DNA of 64,000 nucleotides from an uncultured bacterium (lineage in GTDB: Bacteria; Patescibacteriota; Patescibacteriia; Patescibacteriales; UBA12465): NCBI GenBank assembly GCA_903945435.1, contig CAJAVM010000025.1, forward strand, positions 705 to 64,704. The letters are read 5' to 3'. Positions 8,633 through 17,252 of the stretch are shown piece by piece. A program made the translations under genes and the position numbers. The notes beneath the pieces were generated by a model. The model did not search any database. It was given only the letters and a program-made list of their open reading frames with translations, and was not told the DNA's origin. Position 1 is the first letter of the stretch. Each line of letters opens with the position of its first letter.

Positions 8633-9085
8633 TTATTTAATACCAGCTGGAGATGCGGTTTGGAGAGTATTACCAATAACATTGTTAACAGTTGCCCCTA
8701 AACAATATCTTAATAGGTATGAAGCTGTACCCGCTGTACCAGTTCCTGATTTTGCATATACATAAGAAGTAGTATACGGAGTTCCTAAACCATTACAAGT
8801 GTTTCCATCGACTGGAGTTGGGGCAGCTGGGACAGCAGCTAAATAAGTATTACCTCCGTAAACGATTGGCGAACCAGTAATAATCGAGGCTGGATAATCG
8901 CCAGCGTCATTGTAATAAAGTTCCAAAGCGGTTTGGATTTGTTTAACATCAGAGATACGTTTAGCATCTCTAGCTCTAGCTCTAGCTTGATTTAATGCTA
9001 AGATTGATAGAGTTGATAATAAGCCAATAATGGCGATTACAACCAACAATTCAATAAGCGTAAATCCTTGTTTGTTTTGTTTCAT
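8633..9085 (-). CDS. pilA: Type IVa major pilin, copy 1.
   Basis: Residues 1-68 are identical to the 8055..8507 product, and the middle of the protein is divergent. Confidence 0.9.
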   Translation of the reverse strand: MKQNKQGFTLIELLVVIAIIGLLSTLSILALNQARARARDAKRISDVKQIQTALELYYNDAGDYPASIITGSPIVYGGNTYLAAVPAAPTPVDGNTCNGLGTPYTTSYVYAKSGTGTAGTASYLLRYCLGATVNNVIGNTLQTASPAGIK

Positions 9086-9152
9086 AGATGTTACAAAGGC
9101 TTAGACAAGTAAAAAATTACTTTAAGTCTATATAATAAAATAAAAATAAGTT

Positions 9153-10358
9153 CTAGAACTGACTAGCCATATTATACATCGGCATAATAACGGCCGCAAC
9201 CATAATTCCTACACCAATACCCATGATTACCATTATAATCGGTTCCATTAATTTGCTCAAGTTATCCAGCATATTTGCCGTCTCACGAGAATAAAAAGTA
9301 GTAACTCTATCAAGGACCGAATCAAGCTTTCCAGTTTTCTCACCAACAGCAATCATCTGCGGAACCATCTTAGGAACATACGGACTTGCCTCCATAACAG
9401 AAGATACTGGATTACCATCGTTAATAGATTCCAATGTTTCTAAAATAAGTTCTCGATATACAACATTACCAATAATATCAGCAACAATTTCTAATCCTTT
9501 AGTAATTGTAACACCTCCTTTTAATAGTGTCGATAGGGAGCGAGTAAAGCGCATTAAATAAATATACTTAAACAGCTTCCCAAAGATTGGCATTCTTAAT
9601 TTTACAATATCAAACTGACGACGCCCAAAGTATGTCTTTAAATAAAGACGAACAGCAAAAATAGCGGCTAACAACATTAGCCCGACTAACCAAAGATAAT
9701 CTTTAAAAAAATTAGAAGCACCAATAACCATGCGCGTTGAAAAAGGCAATGGGGCATTAGTTTCAGTTAAAATTGCTGTTAAATTTGGAATTACATAAAT
9801 CATTAAAACAATACCAACACCAATCAAACCGCAAGTAATAAACACGGGGTAAATCATGGCTCCTTTAATTTTAGAAACCATATCATAATTCTGCTCCATT
9901 TCATCCGCTAAATAATTTAAAACTTCATCTAACTTACCGGAAGTTTCACCAGAACGAATAATATTGATAAAAAATTCCGAAAATATTTTTGGACGCTTTC
10001 CAAAAGCTTCTGATAGAAAAGAACCACTATCAACTTCAAAAGCAATTTCAGCAATCATGTTCTTTAAAGTAAAATTATCAGTCTGTTCTACTAAAATCAT
10101 CAAAGATTCTACTACGGTTACGTTAGCACTAATCATAACCGAAAACTGACGAGCAAAAATCGCTAACTCCCTAATTTTAATTGGTGCAATCAACATCAAA
10201 AACCGAGTTTCGTAAGTCGTTGTAATATTCAGTAAGGAACTGACGGTTAATTCTTTTTTACGCAATCGTAAAATTGCATCCGCCTCGCTCAAGCCGACTA
10301 CCTTACCAATTTTGCGACGACCGTTTTTATCTTCAGCCTGATATTTAAAAATTGCCAT
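9153..10358 (-). CDS. pilC: Type IV pilus platform protein of the PilC/GspF family.
   Basis: 401 aa with two T2SSF-type repeats, three TM segments, and the motif FINIIRSGETSGKLDEVL. Confidence 0.9.
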   Translation of the reverse strand: MAIFKYQAEDKNGRRKIGKVVGLSEADAILRLRKKELTVSSLLNITTTYETRFLMLIAPIKIRELAIFARQFSVMISANVTVVESLMILVEQTDNFTLKNMIAEIAFEVDSGSFLSEAFGKRPKIFSEFFINIIRSGETSGKLDEVLNYLADEMEQNYDMVSKIKGAMIYPVFITCGLIGVGIVLMIYVIPNLTAILTETNAPLPFSTRMVIGASNFFKDYLWLVGLMLLAAIFAVRLYLKTYFGRRQFDIVKLRMPIFGKLFKYIYLMRFTRSLSTLLKGGVTITKGLEIVADIIGNVVYRELILETLESINDGNPVSSVMEASPYVPKMVPQMIAVGEKTGKLDSVLDRVTTFYSRETANMLDNLSKLMEPIIMVIMGIGVGIMVAAVIMPMYNMASQF

Positions 10359-10382
10359 ATATATTTCAAATGAAAGAGAAAA

Positions 10383-12146
10383 TTAACTTTCAATAACTCT
10401 TAAAACCTCCTCCATAGTTGTCATCCCCTTTAAAACTTTAATGATACCATCCTGTTTAATAGAAATAAAATCTTCAGTTTTTTTAACCGCTTCTAAATTA
10501 AAATTTTTATCGCCATTATTAATCATCTCTTTCAAGGCTTCGTTGATTTCAATAACTTCCGCAATAGAAACACGACTTGAATAGCCAGTATTTTCGCAAC
10601 GCTGGCAACCGACCGCCTGACAAAGTTTATATTTAATAAATAGTTCGTCAAAATTTGTAAATTCCGGTAATTCCATTTTAATAACTGCTTCAGGGAGTCC
10701 TTTTAATTCATTTACCATATCCTGTTTGGCATCAACCGATAAATCTGTCTCTTTCTTACAATGTTCGCACAAACGACGCGCCAGACGTTGTGCCACAACC
10801 GTTTTTAAAGTTGAAGAAAGTAAGAATCTCTCAATCTTCATATCTAATAAACGAAAAACTGCACCGATAGCATCATTAGTATGTAAAGTAGATAAAACAA
10901 GATGGCCAGTTAAAGAAGCATGAATTGCTAATTCCGCAGTTTCTTCATCACGAATTTCTCCAACCATAATAATATTCGGATCTTGACGCAAAAGAGAACG
11001 CAAACCATTAGCGAAAGAAAACCCGATACGAGGGCGAACTTGAGATTGATTAATTCCTTTAATTTCGTATTCAATAGGATCTTCGAGAGTAGAAATATTT
11101 ACCCCCTCTTGATTTAAAATATTTAAAATTGAATATAAGGTCGTTGTTTTACCACTTCCAGTAGGTCCGGTAACTAAAACAATACCACTAGTCTTTTTAA
11201 TACCTTCACGCATGCGGCGCAAAGCAATTTGATTAAAGCCTAGACTTTCTAAAGTCTGAACTCCACTAACGGTATCCAAGATTCTCATTACTACCTTCTC
11301 ATTACTAGATAATGGAAGAGTCGAAACACGAAAATCAATTTCACGATTATTAATAACTAAACGAATACGACCATCTTGAGGAACGCGAGTTTCATCAAGT
11401 TTTAATTTTGCTAAAACTTTAATACGAGCAATAACCGCATTATGAATACTCTTTGGTAAAGTAAGCGAAGTATGTAAAATACCATCAATACGATAACGAA
11501 CACGACTCTCTTTTGCAAAAGGCTCAATATGAATATCAGAAGCACGAGCTTCAACCGCATGGCGAATAACAACCGAAACGATACGAGAAACTGGAGCGCT
11601 ATTTATATCATCAGTATTTAAATCGCTCGACTCACTACTAACCGTAACTAATTCCTCACCCTCTTCTTTAGCCTTAACTTCCAGGGCGCTAGAAATTTCT
11701 TCTTCTAGTTTCTGATATTGTTTAAAAGCTTTTTGAAAACTAGAATTAGAAATTAAATAATATTCAACTTTTAATTTTTCGTCAGCAGCCAAAAAGTTAA
11801 CCGCTTCAATCGCTTTTAAATTAGACTCAACCAAGCCAATTTTAATACTTTTATTTTCTTTACCGAAGCAAATGATTTTATATGTTCGAGATATTTCCTC
11901 TGGTAAAAAATTTAAAATCGCTTCCGGGACTTCATTATCAGCTAAATTAAAATAATTTAAACCATACACCTCGGCTTTTAATTCTGTTAATTTCTCTTCA
12001 TCAACTATCTTTTGGGCAATTAAAAAAACAGATAGGTTTCCCTCCTTATCAATCACTTCTTTTTGTATTTCGGCTGATTTTTCTGGAGAGATAATTTTAT
12101 TTGTCTCCAACAAACTCAGCAACCTTATATCATTATTTGCGGGCAT
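10383..12146 (-). CDS. pilB: Type IV pilus assembly ATPase of the PilB/GspE family.
   Basis: Walker A GPTGSGKTTTLY, the motif RQDPNIIMVGEIRD, tetracysteine CEHC...CQRC, and an N-terminal T2SSE_N-like domain. Confidence 0.9.
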   Translation of the reverse strand: MPANNDIRLLSLLETNKIISPEKSAEIQKEVIDKEGNLSVFLIAQKIVDEEKLTELKAEVYGLNYFNLADNEVPEAILNFLPEEISRTYKIICFGKENKSIKIGLVESNLKAIEAVNFLAADEKLKVEYYLISNSSFQKAFKQYQKLEEEISSALEVKAKEEGEELVTVSSESSDLNTDDINSAPVSRIVSVVIRHAVEARASDIHIEPFAKESRVRYRIDGILHTSLTLPKSIHNAVIARIKVLAKLKLDETRVPQDGRIRLVINNREIDFRVSTLPLSSNEKVVMRILDTVSGVQTLESLGFNQIALRRMREGIKKTSGIVLVTGPTGSGKTTTLYSILNILNQEGVNISTLEDPIEYEIKGINQSQVRPRIGFSFANGLRSLLRQDPNIIMVGEIRDEETAELAIHASLTGHLVLSTLHTNDAIGAVFRLLDMKIERFLLSSTLKTVVAQRLARRLCEHCKKETDLSVDAKQDMVNELKGLPEAVIKMELPEFTNFDELFIKYKLCQAVGCQRCENTGYSSRVSIAEVIEINEALKEMINNGDKNFNLEAVKKTEDFISIKQDGIIKVLKGMTTMEEVLRVIES

Positions 12147-12160
12147 GATTTTGTGATAAA

Positions 12161-12475
12161 CTATTTTTTAAGAAAAGGATTATTATTCCCTTTAGCACAA
12201 CGTTTAGAAGTATTCACGCTTTCGCCGCACACTTCTTCAAAAACAAAAACTTTAATATTATTTTTTAAACTTAATAATCTGTCGTTCTTTAAAATTTCAG
12301 TATTAATTAGTTCACTCGCTGGTGGAGATTTTCTAGTTGGAACATCAATCGCCGCGATACCAGTTTTTTCACGTAAGATATCAACAAATGGCTGGCGTAA
12401 GAATAAAAGACTTAGCCCCGCAAGAACAAGAATAACAATAAATATATATAATAGTGAGTTATAATTATTTCTCAT
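12161..12475 (-). CDS. Small single-pass membrane protein of unknown family within the pilus operon.
   Basis: TM segment LLYIFIVILVLAGLSLLFL. It overlaps the pilO-like stop by 11 nt and lies in the same orientation as the operon. Confidence 0.5.
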   Translation of the reverse strand: MRNNYNSLLYIFIVILVLAGLSLLFLRQPFVDILREKTGIAAIDVPTRKSPPASELINTEILKNDRLLSLKNNIKVFVFEEVCGESVNTSKRCAKGNNNPFLKK

Positions 12476-13127
12476 ATTGTTTCACGGGCTTATAGAAATA
12501 AGCAGCTAATAGTAGTTGAGCCGAATTTTCTCCCTGAGAAAAGGTAACCGACTCAATATCTAACAAACGCGAATTAGCCTCCAGAGTTCTCAGTAGACTT
12601 TTAAATCCAGAATAATCAATCGCTCCAATAGAAACTGTAGCAACAACTCTCCCGACTCTTTCGCTAACAGCCGTTCCGCCAATAGTTGGCATCTCTGCTT
12701 TTTCCGATGCAGACGGCGCCGGTTCTGAACCCGGTATTTTTTCTTCTTCTGCTGGAGCAATAGTTACCGCATTTATCAAAAATCCATTATCTATTATAAT
12801 TTCTTCAAATTCTCCAAAGAGCTGTTCTCGAACATATTCCTCAGGAAGAACACCATTAAATCTTTTTAAATCAACTGGCGTAATTTTATCATAAATTTCT
12901 TTAACGGTTTTTAAATCTTTTAATTTTTTATCCTGCTCTGCATACAACTTCTTCTGCGCCTCAATATTATCCTTAATAACCGCCTGCGTAGAGGCAAACT
13001 TAGGGCCGAGCAATAAAAAATAAGCAGCTACAAAAATAACAATCATCAATACAACAACAAGGGCATTGAAATATTGATTCAAAAAAATATTTAGAGAATA
13101 TTTATTTTGTAGATTGTTTTTAACCAT
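12465..13127 (-). CDS. PilO-like pilus assembly protein.
   Basis: One N-terminal TM segment followed by a coiled-coil (QKKLYAEQDKKLKDLK). It sits after the pilM/pilN-like genes. Confidence 0.45.
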   Translation of the reverse strand: MVKNNLQNKYSLNIFLNQYFNALVVVLMIVIFVAAYFLLLGPKFASTQAVIKDNIEAQKKLYAEQDKKLKDLKTVKEIYDKITPVDLKRFNGVLPEEYVREQLFGEFEEIIIDNGFLINAVTIAPAEEEKIPGSEPAPSASEKAEMPTIGGTAVSERVGRVVATVSIGAIDYSGFKSLLRTLEANSRLLDIESVTFSQGENSAQLLLAAYFYKPVKQYEK

Positions 13128-13136
13128 TTTTATTTA

Positions 13137-13826
13137 TTATTTTTTGAAAATCTCGGGCTTAACCTGTAAAAATAAGGAAAAGTTAACTGATGACGCAACT
13201 TCTTCAGTAGTACTTGATAATTGGTCTACCGGGATAACGGGCTGAGCCGTAGACTCCTCTTCAGACGCACCGCTAGATGCCGTTGCGGTCTCAACTTTAG
13301 CTTTCACAGTCATAGGATCATCAAGCAAAGTTTTAACTTGCCAAGAAATATCAGCAAAAGAACTAGCAGACCCAGATAAAGAATACTTCCCTTTCAAATC
13401 TCCAGAAAAATTTCCATAAGAAACAGTATTCAAAGTATTTTTTTCTAACCAATTAAAGAAATTAGTCCAATAAATATGATTATTTAAAAGATTGTTTACT
13501 TCAATTGTTTTCTCTTTGTATGATAAAGCATCGCTCGCCGCTTTTCTAAAGTCATTAACGTCTTTAACTTGTACTTTAATTTGTGATTTTAGGTTTTCCA
13601 GTCTTAATTCCTCATCCTTCTCCCACCAACTTAAACCAAAATAAAGTTCAGCAATAATTAAAACAACAACTACTAAGGCAATCGCCAAGCCTCTTATGTG
13701 TTTTTTCCAATCAAAATTAAGAACAATCTCATCCTTGATAAGATTAACTTCTAAAATCTTAGGATTTTTCAAAATCCTATCAAGTTTTTCCTCTATTGGT
13801 TTTTTATTCTTACCGAAAGAAAACAT
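13137..13826 (-). CDS. PilN-like pilus assembly protein.
   Basis: Short cytoplasmic N-terminus, then a single TM segment (LAIALVVVVLIIAELYFGL) and a coiled-coil. It lies directly downstream of pilM. Confidence 0.45.
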   Translation of the reverse strand: MFSFGKNKKPIEEKLDRILKNPKILEVNLIKDEIVLNFDWKKHIRGLAIALVVVVLIIAELYFGLSWWEKDEELRLENLKSQIKVQVKDVNDFRKAASDALSYKEKTIEVNNLLNNHIYWTNFFNWLEKNTLNTVSYGNFSGDLKGKYSLSGSASSFADISWQVKTLLDDPMTVKAKVETATASSGASEEESTAQPVIPVDQLSSTTEEVASSVNFSLFLQVKPEIFKK

Positions 13827-13847
13827 AAATTATTTTAACAGCTAGGC

Positions 13848-14903
13848 TTACTCAATTTCTCGCATCGCTAGACCAATGGCAACTGCTAGCTTCGGCCCAA
13901 CTTCTTCTAAGACTGGCCTTATTTCTTGAGCATATTCAATTCTATTCCAAGGGTTACCGATTATTACTTTTGTATTTAAACGTTTTGAGAAATAATCAGC
14001 CAAATTAAGAAATAGAGAGCCGCCACCAGACAAAATTATTTTTTCTAAATTTTCGTTATTTTGTGAATGATAGAAATCAATCAAATACTGCATTTCAGTA
14101 ATAATCGGCTCTAAAGTCTTAGTGATTAACTGAGGAAAATCTTCCTGGCTACCATCGGCATTTAAAGAAATACTTAAATCTAACTTAAACTGCTCTGCTT
14201 GAGCATAAGTCATTCCTAGTTTTTCAGAAAGAACTTTAGTTACCGTCGAAGCACAAACAGTAAGACTACGATTTAAAACAGGAATACTTTCTTTAACAAT
14301 GGATAAATCGGTACTATTAGCACCTATTTCGACTATCATCATCGGCGCTTTATCATCCCCTACTAAAGAACGGACTAAAGAAAAGGTTTCTGTTTCTAAA
14401 CTAGCAAGAACCACTCCTGCTTGTTTAAAAATATCTATATATTTACGAACTAATTTTTTTGGAGAGCCGGTCAAAAAAACTTGCATATTCCCAGAAACAG
14501 GAATTTTTCCGTTTTTATCAGGAATTACCTTCCAATCAAGAATCATTTCTTCAAGAGGAAGAGGAATTACTTTTTTTGCTTCTTCATTAACTGAGTCGGC
14601 TAAAGTTTTTTTATCGGCATTAGCAATATTAATAATCGAAGAAAAAACAGCAAAAGTAGGAAGGGAAACTGTTGCACGCTTAGCCTTAAGGCCAGCTTCT
14701 TTAATTACTTTAGCAATTGCTTGAGCAAGATAATTTATATCTTCAACTTTATTAAAATTTATCTCGCTAACATTTTCACTAAAAGCGTAATTTGAAAGTT
14801 GTATTTTACGGCCTTTTTTCTTAAGCTCAACCATCTTCAAGGATGAGTCGCCTATATCTATCCCTAAAAAAAGATTATCGCCGCCAAAAGAAAATAAACT
14901 CAT
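13848..14903 (-). CDS. pilM: Type IV pilus assembly protein PilM, an actin-like ATPase.
   Basis: LGIDIGDSSLKMVELKKKG and EIGANSTDLSIV phosphate-binding motifs, with a GGGS motif. Length 351 aa. Confidence 0.85.
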   Translation of the reverse strand: MSLFSFGGDNLFLGIDIGDSSLKMVELKKKGRKIQLSNYAFSENVSEINFNKVEDINYLAQAIAKVIKEAGLKAKRATVSLPTFAVFSSIINIANADKKTLADSVNEEAKKVIPLPLEEMILDWKVIPDKNGKIPVSGNMQVFLTGSPKKLVRKYIDIFKQAGVVLASLETETFSLVRSLVGDDKAPMMIVEIGANSTDLSIVKESIPVLNRSLTVCASTVTKVLSEKLGMTYAQAEQFKLDLSISLNADGSQEDFPQLITKTLEPIITEMQYLIDFYHSQNNENLEKIILSGGGSLFLNLADYFSKRLNTKVIIGNPWNRIEYAQEIRPVLEEVGPKLAVAIGLAMREIE

Positions 14904-14958
14904 AATATTTGAAAAAGCATCAAAAACTAAATTGAATTATCCTGATTCTTAGTATATA

Positions 14959-16257
14959 ATGAATTATATAATATCTGGAAACATTAAACAAGTATATATG
15001 AGTATTTTTACTCGCTACAAAAAACTATTTATCATTATAATTTTCCTTGCTGTGGTCGCCTTCTTGGGCTATCTTCTTTGGAAAGTTTTTTTTCAAGTTC
15101 CTATATCTATACCTGGCAACCAACAAACAACAACTACAACTCCCGGAGGACTTCCGGCCGTTGGACCTAATGGTGAAATTGGTGGCGAGATAACTGGTCC
15201 AGGGAATTTACCTGGCGAAGAAAATCAACCAGGAATTACAACTGGGATTCCTAATCCCGATGCCTTTGCGCCCGATGAAATTGCTAATGGCGGATTAACT
15301 AGAGTATCTCCTTTAACACAAGCTACTGTTTTAAATCCAACACTATCTCGTGATGGCGGCGTCCAATACTACAATAAAGATGACGGCCTTTTCTATAAAA
15401 TAGACGAAAACGGAAATGCGGTTAAATTAAGTGATAAGATCTTTTATCAAGCAGATAAAGTAACTTGGGCTCCTGATAAAGATCAAGCAATCATAGAATA
15501 TCCTGATGGAAGTAAAATTATGTATAATTTTGCAACCGAAAAACAAGTTACTCTTCCTGCTTACTGGAAAGATTTTTCTTTTGCGGATAATAGTTCTCAA
15601 ATAGTTGCAAAAAGTATTGGCCTTGATCCCGATAATCGTTGGTTAGTAGTTTCCGGAAGTGACGGTTCTCAGGCAACGGCTCTAGAATCTATTGGAACTA
15701 AGGATGCAACCGTTTATCCTTCATGGTCTCCTAATAATCAAATTGTAGCGATGTATACTCGCGGGGTTGATTTCGATAGACAAGAAATATTTTTTGTTGG
15801 TTTAAATGGCGAGAACTTTAAATCAACTATTATTGAAGGGCGCGGGCTACAATCACAATGGTCGACTGAAGGCGATAAACTTTTATATAGTGTCTACCAT
15901 ACTAGGGATGATTTAAAGCCAAGATTATGGATAGTTGATGCCAGCGGCGATAATATAGGCGCCGAACGTCGTAGCTTCAATCTTCAAACTTGGGCTGATA
16001 AATGCACTTTTGCTTCTAATACCGAAGTCTACTGCGCTGTTCCAGAAAATCTAGAAGCTGGCTCAGGCATGTTTCCAGAATTAGCCGATAAAACAAAAGA
16101 TAATCTTTATAAAATTGATTTAGCAACCGGAACGCAAAAATTAGTCGCTGTTCCTGATGGGGCTTATAATATTTCTCAAATTATGGTTCCCGATAATCAG
16201 GGCTATATTTATTTCACCGACAAAAGTACTCAAAAAATTTACAAAGTGAAAATGTAA
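14959..16257 (+). CDS. Membrane-anchored TolB-like (PD40/WD40-like) beta-propeller protein.
   Basis: N-terminal TM segment, a Gly/Pro-rich linker, then repeats such as YPSWSPNNQIVAMY. Confidence 0.6.
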   Translation: MNYIISGNIKQVYMSIFTRYKKLFIIIIFLAVVAFLGYLLWKVFFQVPISIPGNQQTTTTTPGGLPAVGPNGEIGGEITGPGNLPGEENQPGITTGIPNPDAFAPDEIANGGLTRVSPLTQATVLNPTLSRDGGVQYYNKDDGLFYKIDENGNAVKLSDKIFYQADKVTWAPDKDQAIIEYPDGSKIMYNFATEKQVTLPAYWKDFSFADNSSQIVAKSIGLDPDNRWLVVSGSDGSQATALESIGTKDATVYPSWSPNNQIVAMYTRGVDFDRQEIFFVGLNGENFKSTIIEGRGLQSQWSTEGDKLLYSVYHTRDDLKPRLWIVDASGDNIGAERRSFNLQTWADKCTFASNTEVYCAVPENLEAGSGMFPELADKTKDNLYKIDLATGTQKLVAVPDGAYNISQIMVPDNQGYIYFTDKSTQKIYKVKM

Positions 16258-16290
16258 AGATTAAAAAAAATTTATCCTCAGTTTATACTC

Positions 16291-16339
16291 AATAAGTCAT
16301 CATACTTATCAAGGTGATAAAAATTATGACTTATTTTTT
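16291..16339 (+). terminator. Two-tier hairpin with a T-run after the TolB-like gene.
   Basis: The outer stem is AATAAGTCAT/ATGACTTATT and the inner stem is TTATCA-agg-TGATAA, followed by TTTTT abutting the comF ATG. Confidence 0.5.
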
Positions 16340-16993
16340 ATGTTCAAACTTATTCAAAATTTTATTATTGATTTATTATTCCCTATTTGTTGTCTCGGAT
16401 GTCAACAAGAAAATAAAACAAAAGAATATCTTTGTGAAAAATGTTTTAAAAAATTAGTTTTTTGTAAAAGAAGTTATCATTTCCAGCTAGATTTCCTAGA
16501 TAACATTGCTATTGCTGGTGATTATGAAGATAAAATTTTAAACCAACTAATCACTACTTTAAAATTTAATGCGATAAAACCGATTGGAAATATTCTAGCA
16601 AAATTTTTATGCTTATTTTGGCAAGGGCGAGCCATATTATATCCTCAAAAATTTATAGTAATACCTATTCCTCTTTCTGAGACACGAGAACGTTATCGAG
16701 GATTTAATCAAGCAGAAGTAATTGCGCTTTATTTTGCTAACTATTTCCAATATGAGCTTAATTTACAGTTAAAGAAAATAAAAAATACCAAAGCGCAAGC
16801 AGAGCTAAGCGAAGAAAAAAGGCTCAATAATGTAAAGGGTATATTCCAATGGAAAGGAGAAAATTTATCAGGAAAAAGTATTATTATAATAGACGACGTA
16901 ATTACTACTGGGTCGACAATTAACGAAGCCGCTAAAACTTTAAAATTGGCCGGAGCTAAAAGCATAATTGCCCTGGCTATCGCTAAAGGATAA
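16340..16993 (+). CDS. comF: ComF-family competence protein with a phosphoribosyltransferase domain.
   Basis: N-terminal Cys-rich finger (CCLGC...CEKC) and a PRTase motif IIIIDDVITTGSTINEA. Confidence 0.8.
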   Translation: MFKLIQNFIIDLLFPICCLGCQQENKTKEYLCEKCFKKLVFCKRSYHFQLDFLDNIAIAGDYEDKILNQLITTLKFNAIKPIGNILAKFLCLFWQGRAILYPQKFIVIPIPLSETRERYRGFNQAEVIALYFANYFQYELNLQLKKIKNTKAQAELSEEKRLNNVKGIFQWKGENLSGKSIIIIDDVITTGSTINEAAKTLKLAGAKSIIALAIAKG

Positions 16994-17020
16994 CTATAAA
17001 GACTCCTCACAATCCCCGTA

Positions 17021-17049
17021 TTTACAAATTAAGCCCAATTTGCTATATT
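17021..17049 (+). promoter_or_regulatory. Sigma-70-type promoter for the thrS leader.
   Basis: TTTACA at 17021-17026, a 17-nt spacer, and TATATT at 17044-17049. Confidence 0.55.
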
Positions 17050-17052
17050 AGT

Positions 17053-17233
17053 AATAGCTGATTGTTGAGCCCACCAAGCTCAAGATAGAAATATCGCTAA
17101 TGCCTAAAGCTAAAACAATTTAAAAGAGCTTTCTATTTTATAGAAAGAACCCGGGTGGAACCGCGAGACTCAAATAAGTCCCGTCCCGGTAAAAGCAGTT
17201 TATCTGTTTTTACTAGGATGGGATTTTTTTATT
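17053..17233 (+). promoter_or_regulatory. T-box leader (tRNA-sensing riboswitch) with an intrinsic terminator upstream of thrS.
   Basis: T-box core AACCCGGGUGGAACCGCGAG at 17148-17167, preceded by hairpin CTTTCTA-ttta-TAGAAAG. The terminator is UCCCGUCC..GUAAAAGCAG-UUUAU-CUGUUUUUAC..GGAUGGGA followed by U7 (17079-17230). A candidate ACC specifier lies at 17073-17075. Confidence 0.8.
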
Positions 17234-17252
17234 AATTAACCTAAAAAAATAT

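Noticed and set aside
12153-12464. 103-aa plus-strand ORF mirroring the 104-aa minus-strand ORF.
   Set aside because: The minus-strand product has a clear TM anchor, overlaps the pilO-like stop codon in operon fashion, and matches the orientation of all its neighbours. The plus-strand translation looks like antisense noise.
14299-14724. Antisense shadow ORFs inside well-supported genes. Other examples are 5951..6151, 9964..10149, 10726..10923, 18119..18406, 26894..27244, 27986..28276, 52650..53060, 52672..52962, 56841..57348 and 62241..62570.
   Set aside because: Each lies wholly within and opposite to a gene with strong family motifs. Their products are compositionally odd, and AT-rich genomes produce many such frames by chance.
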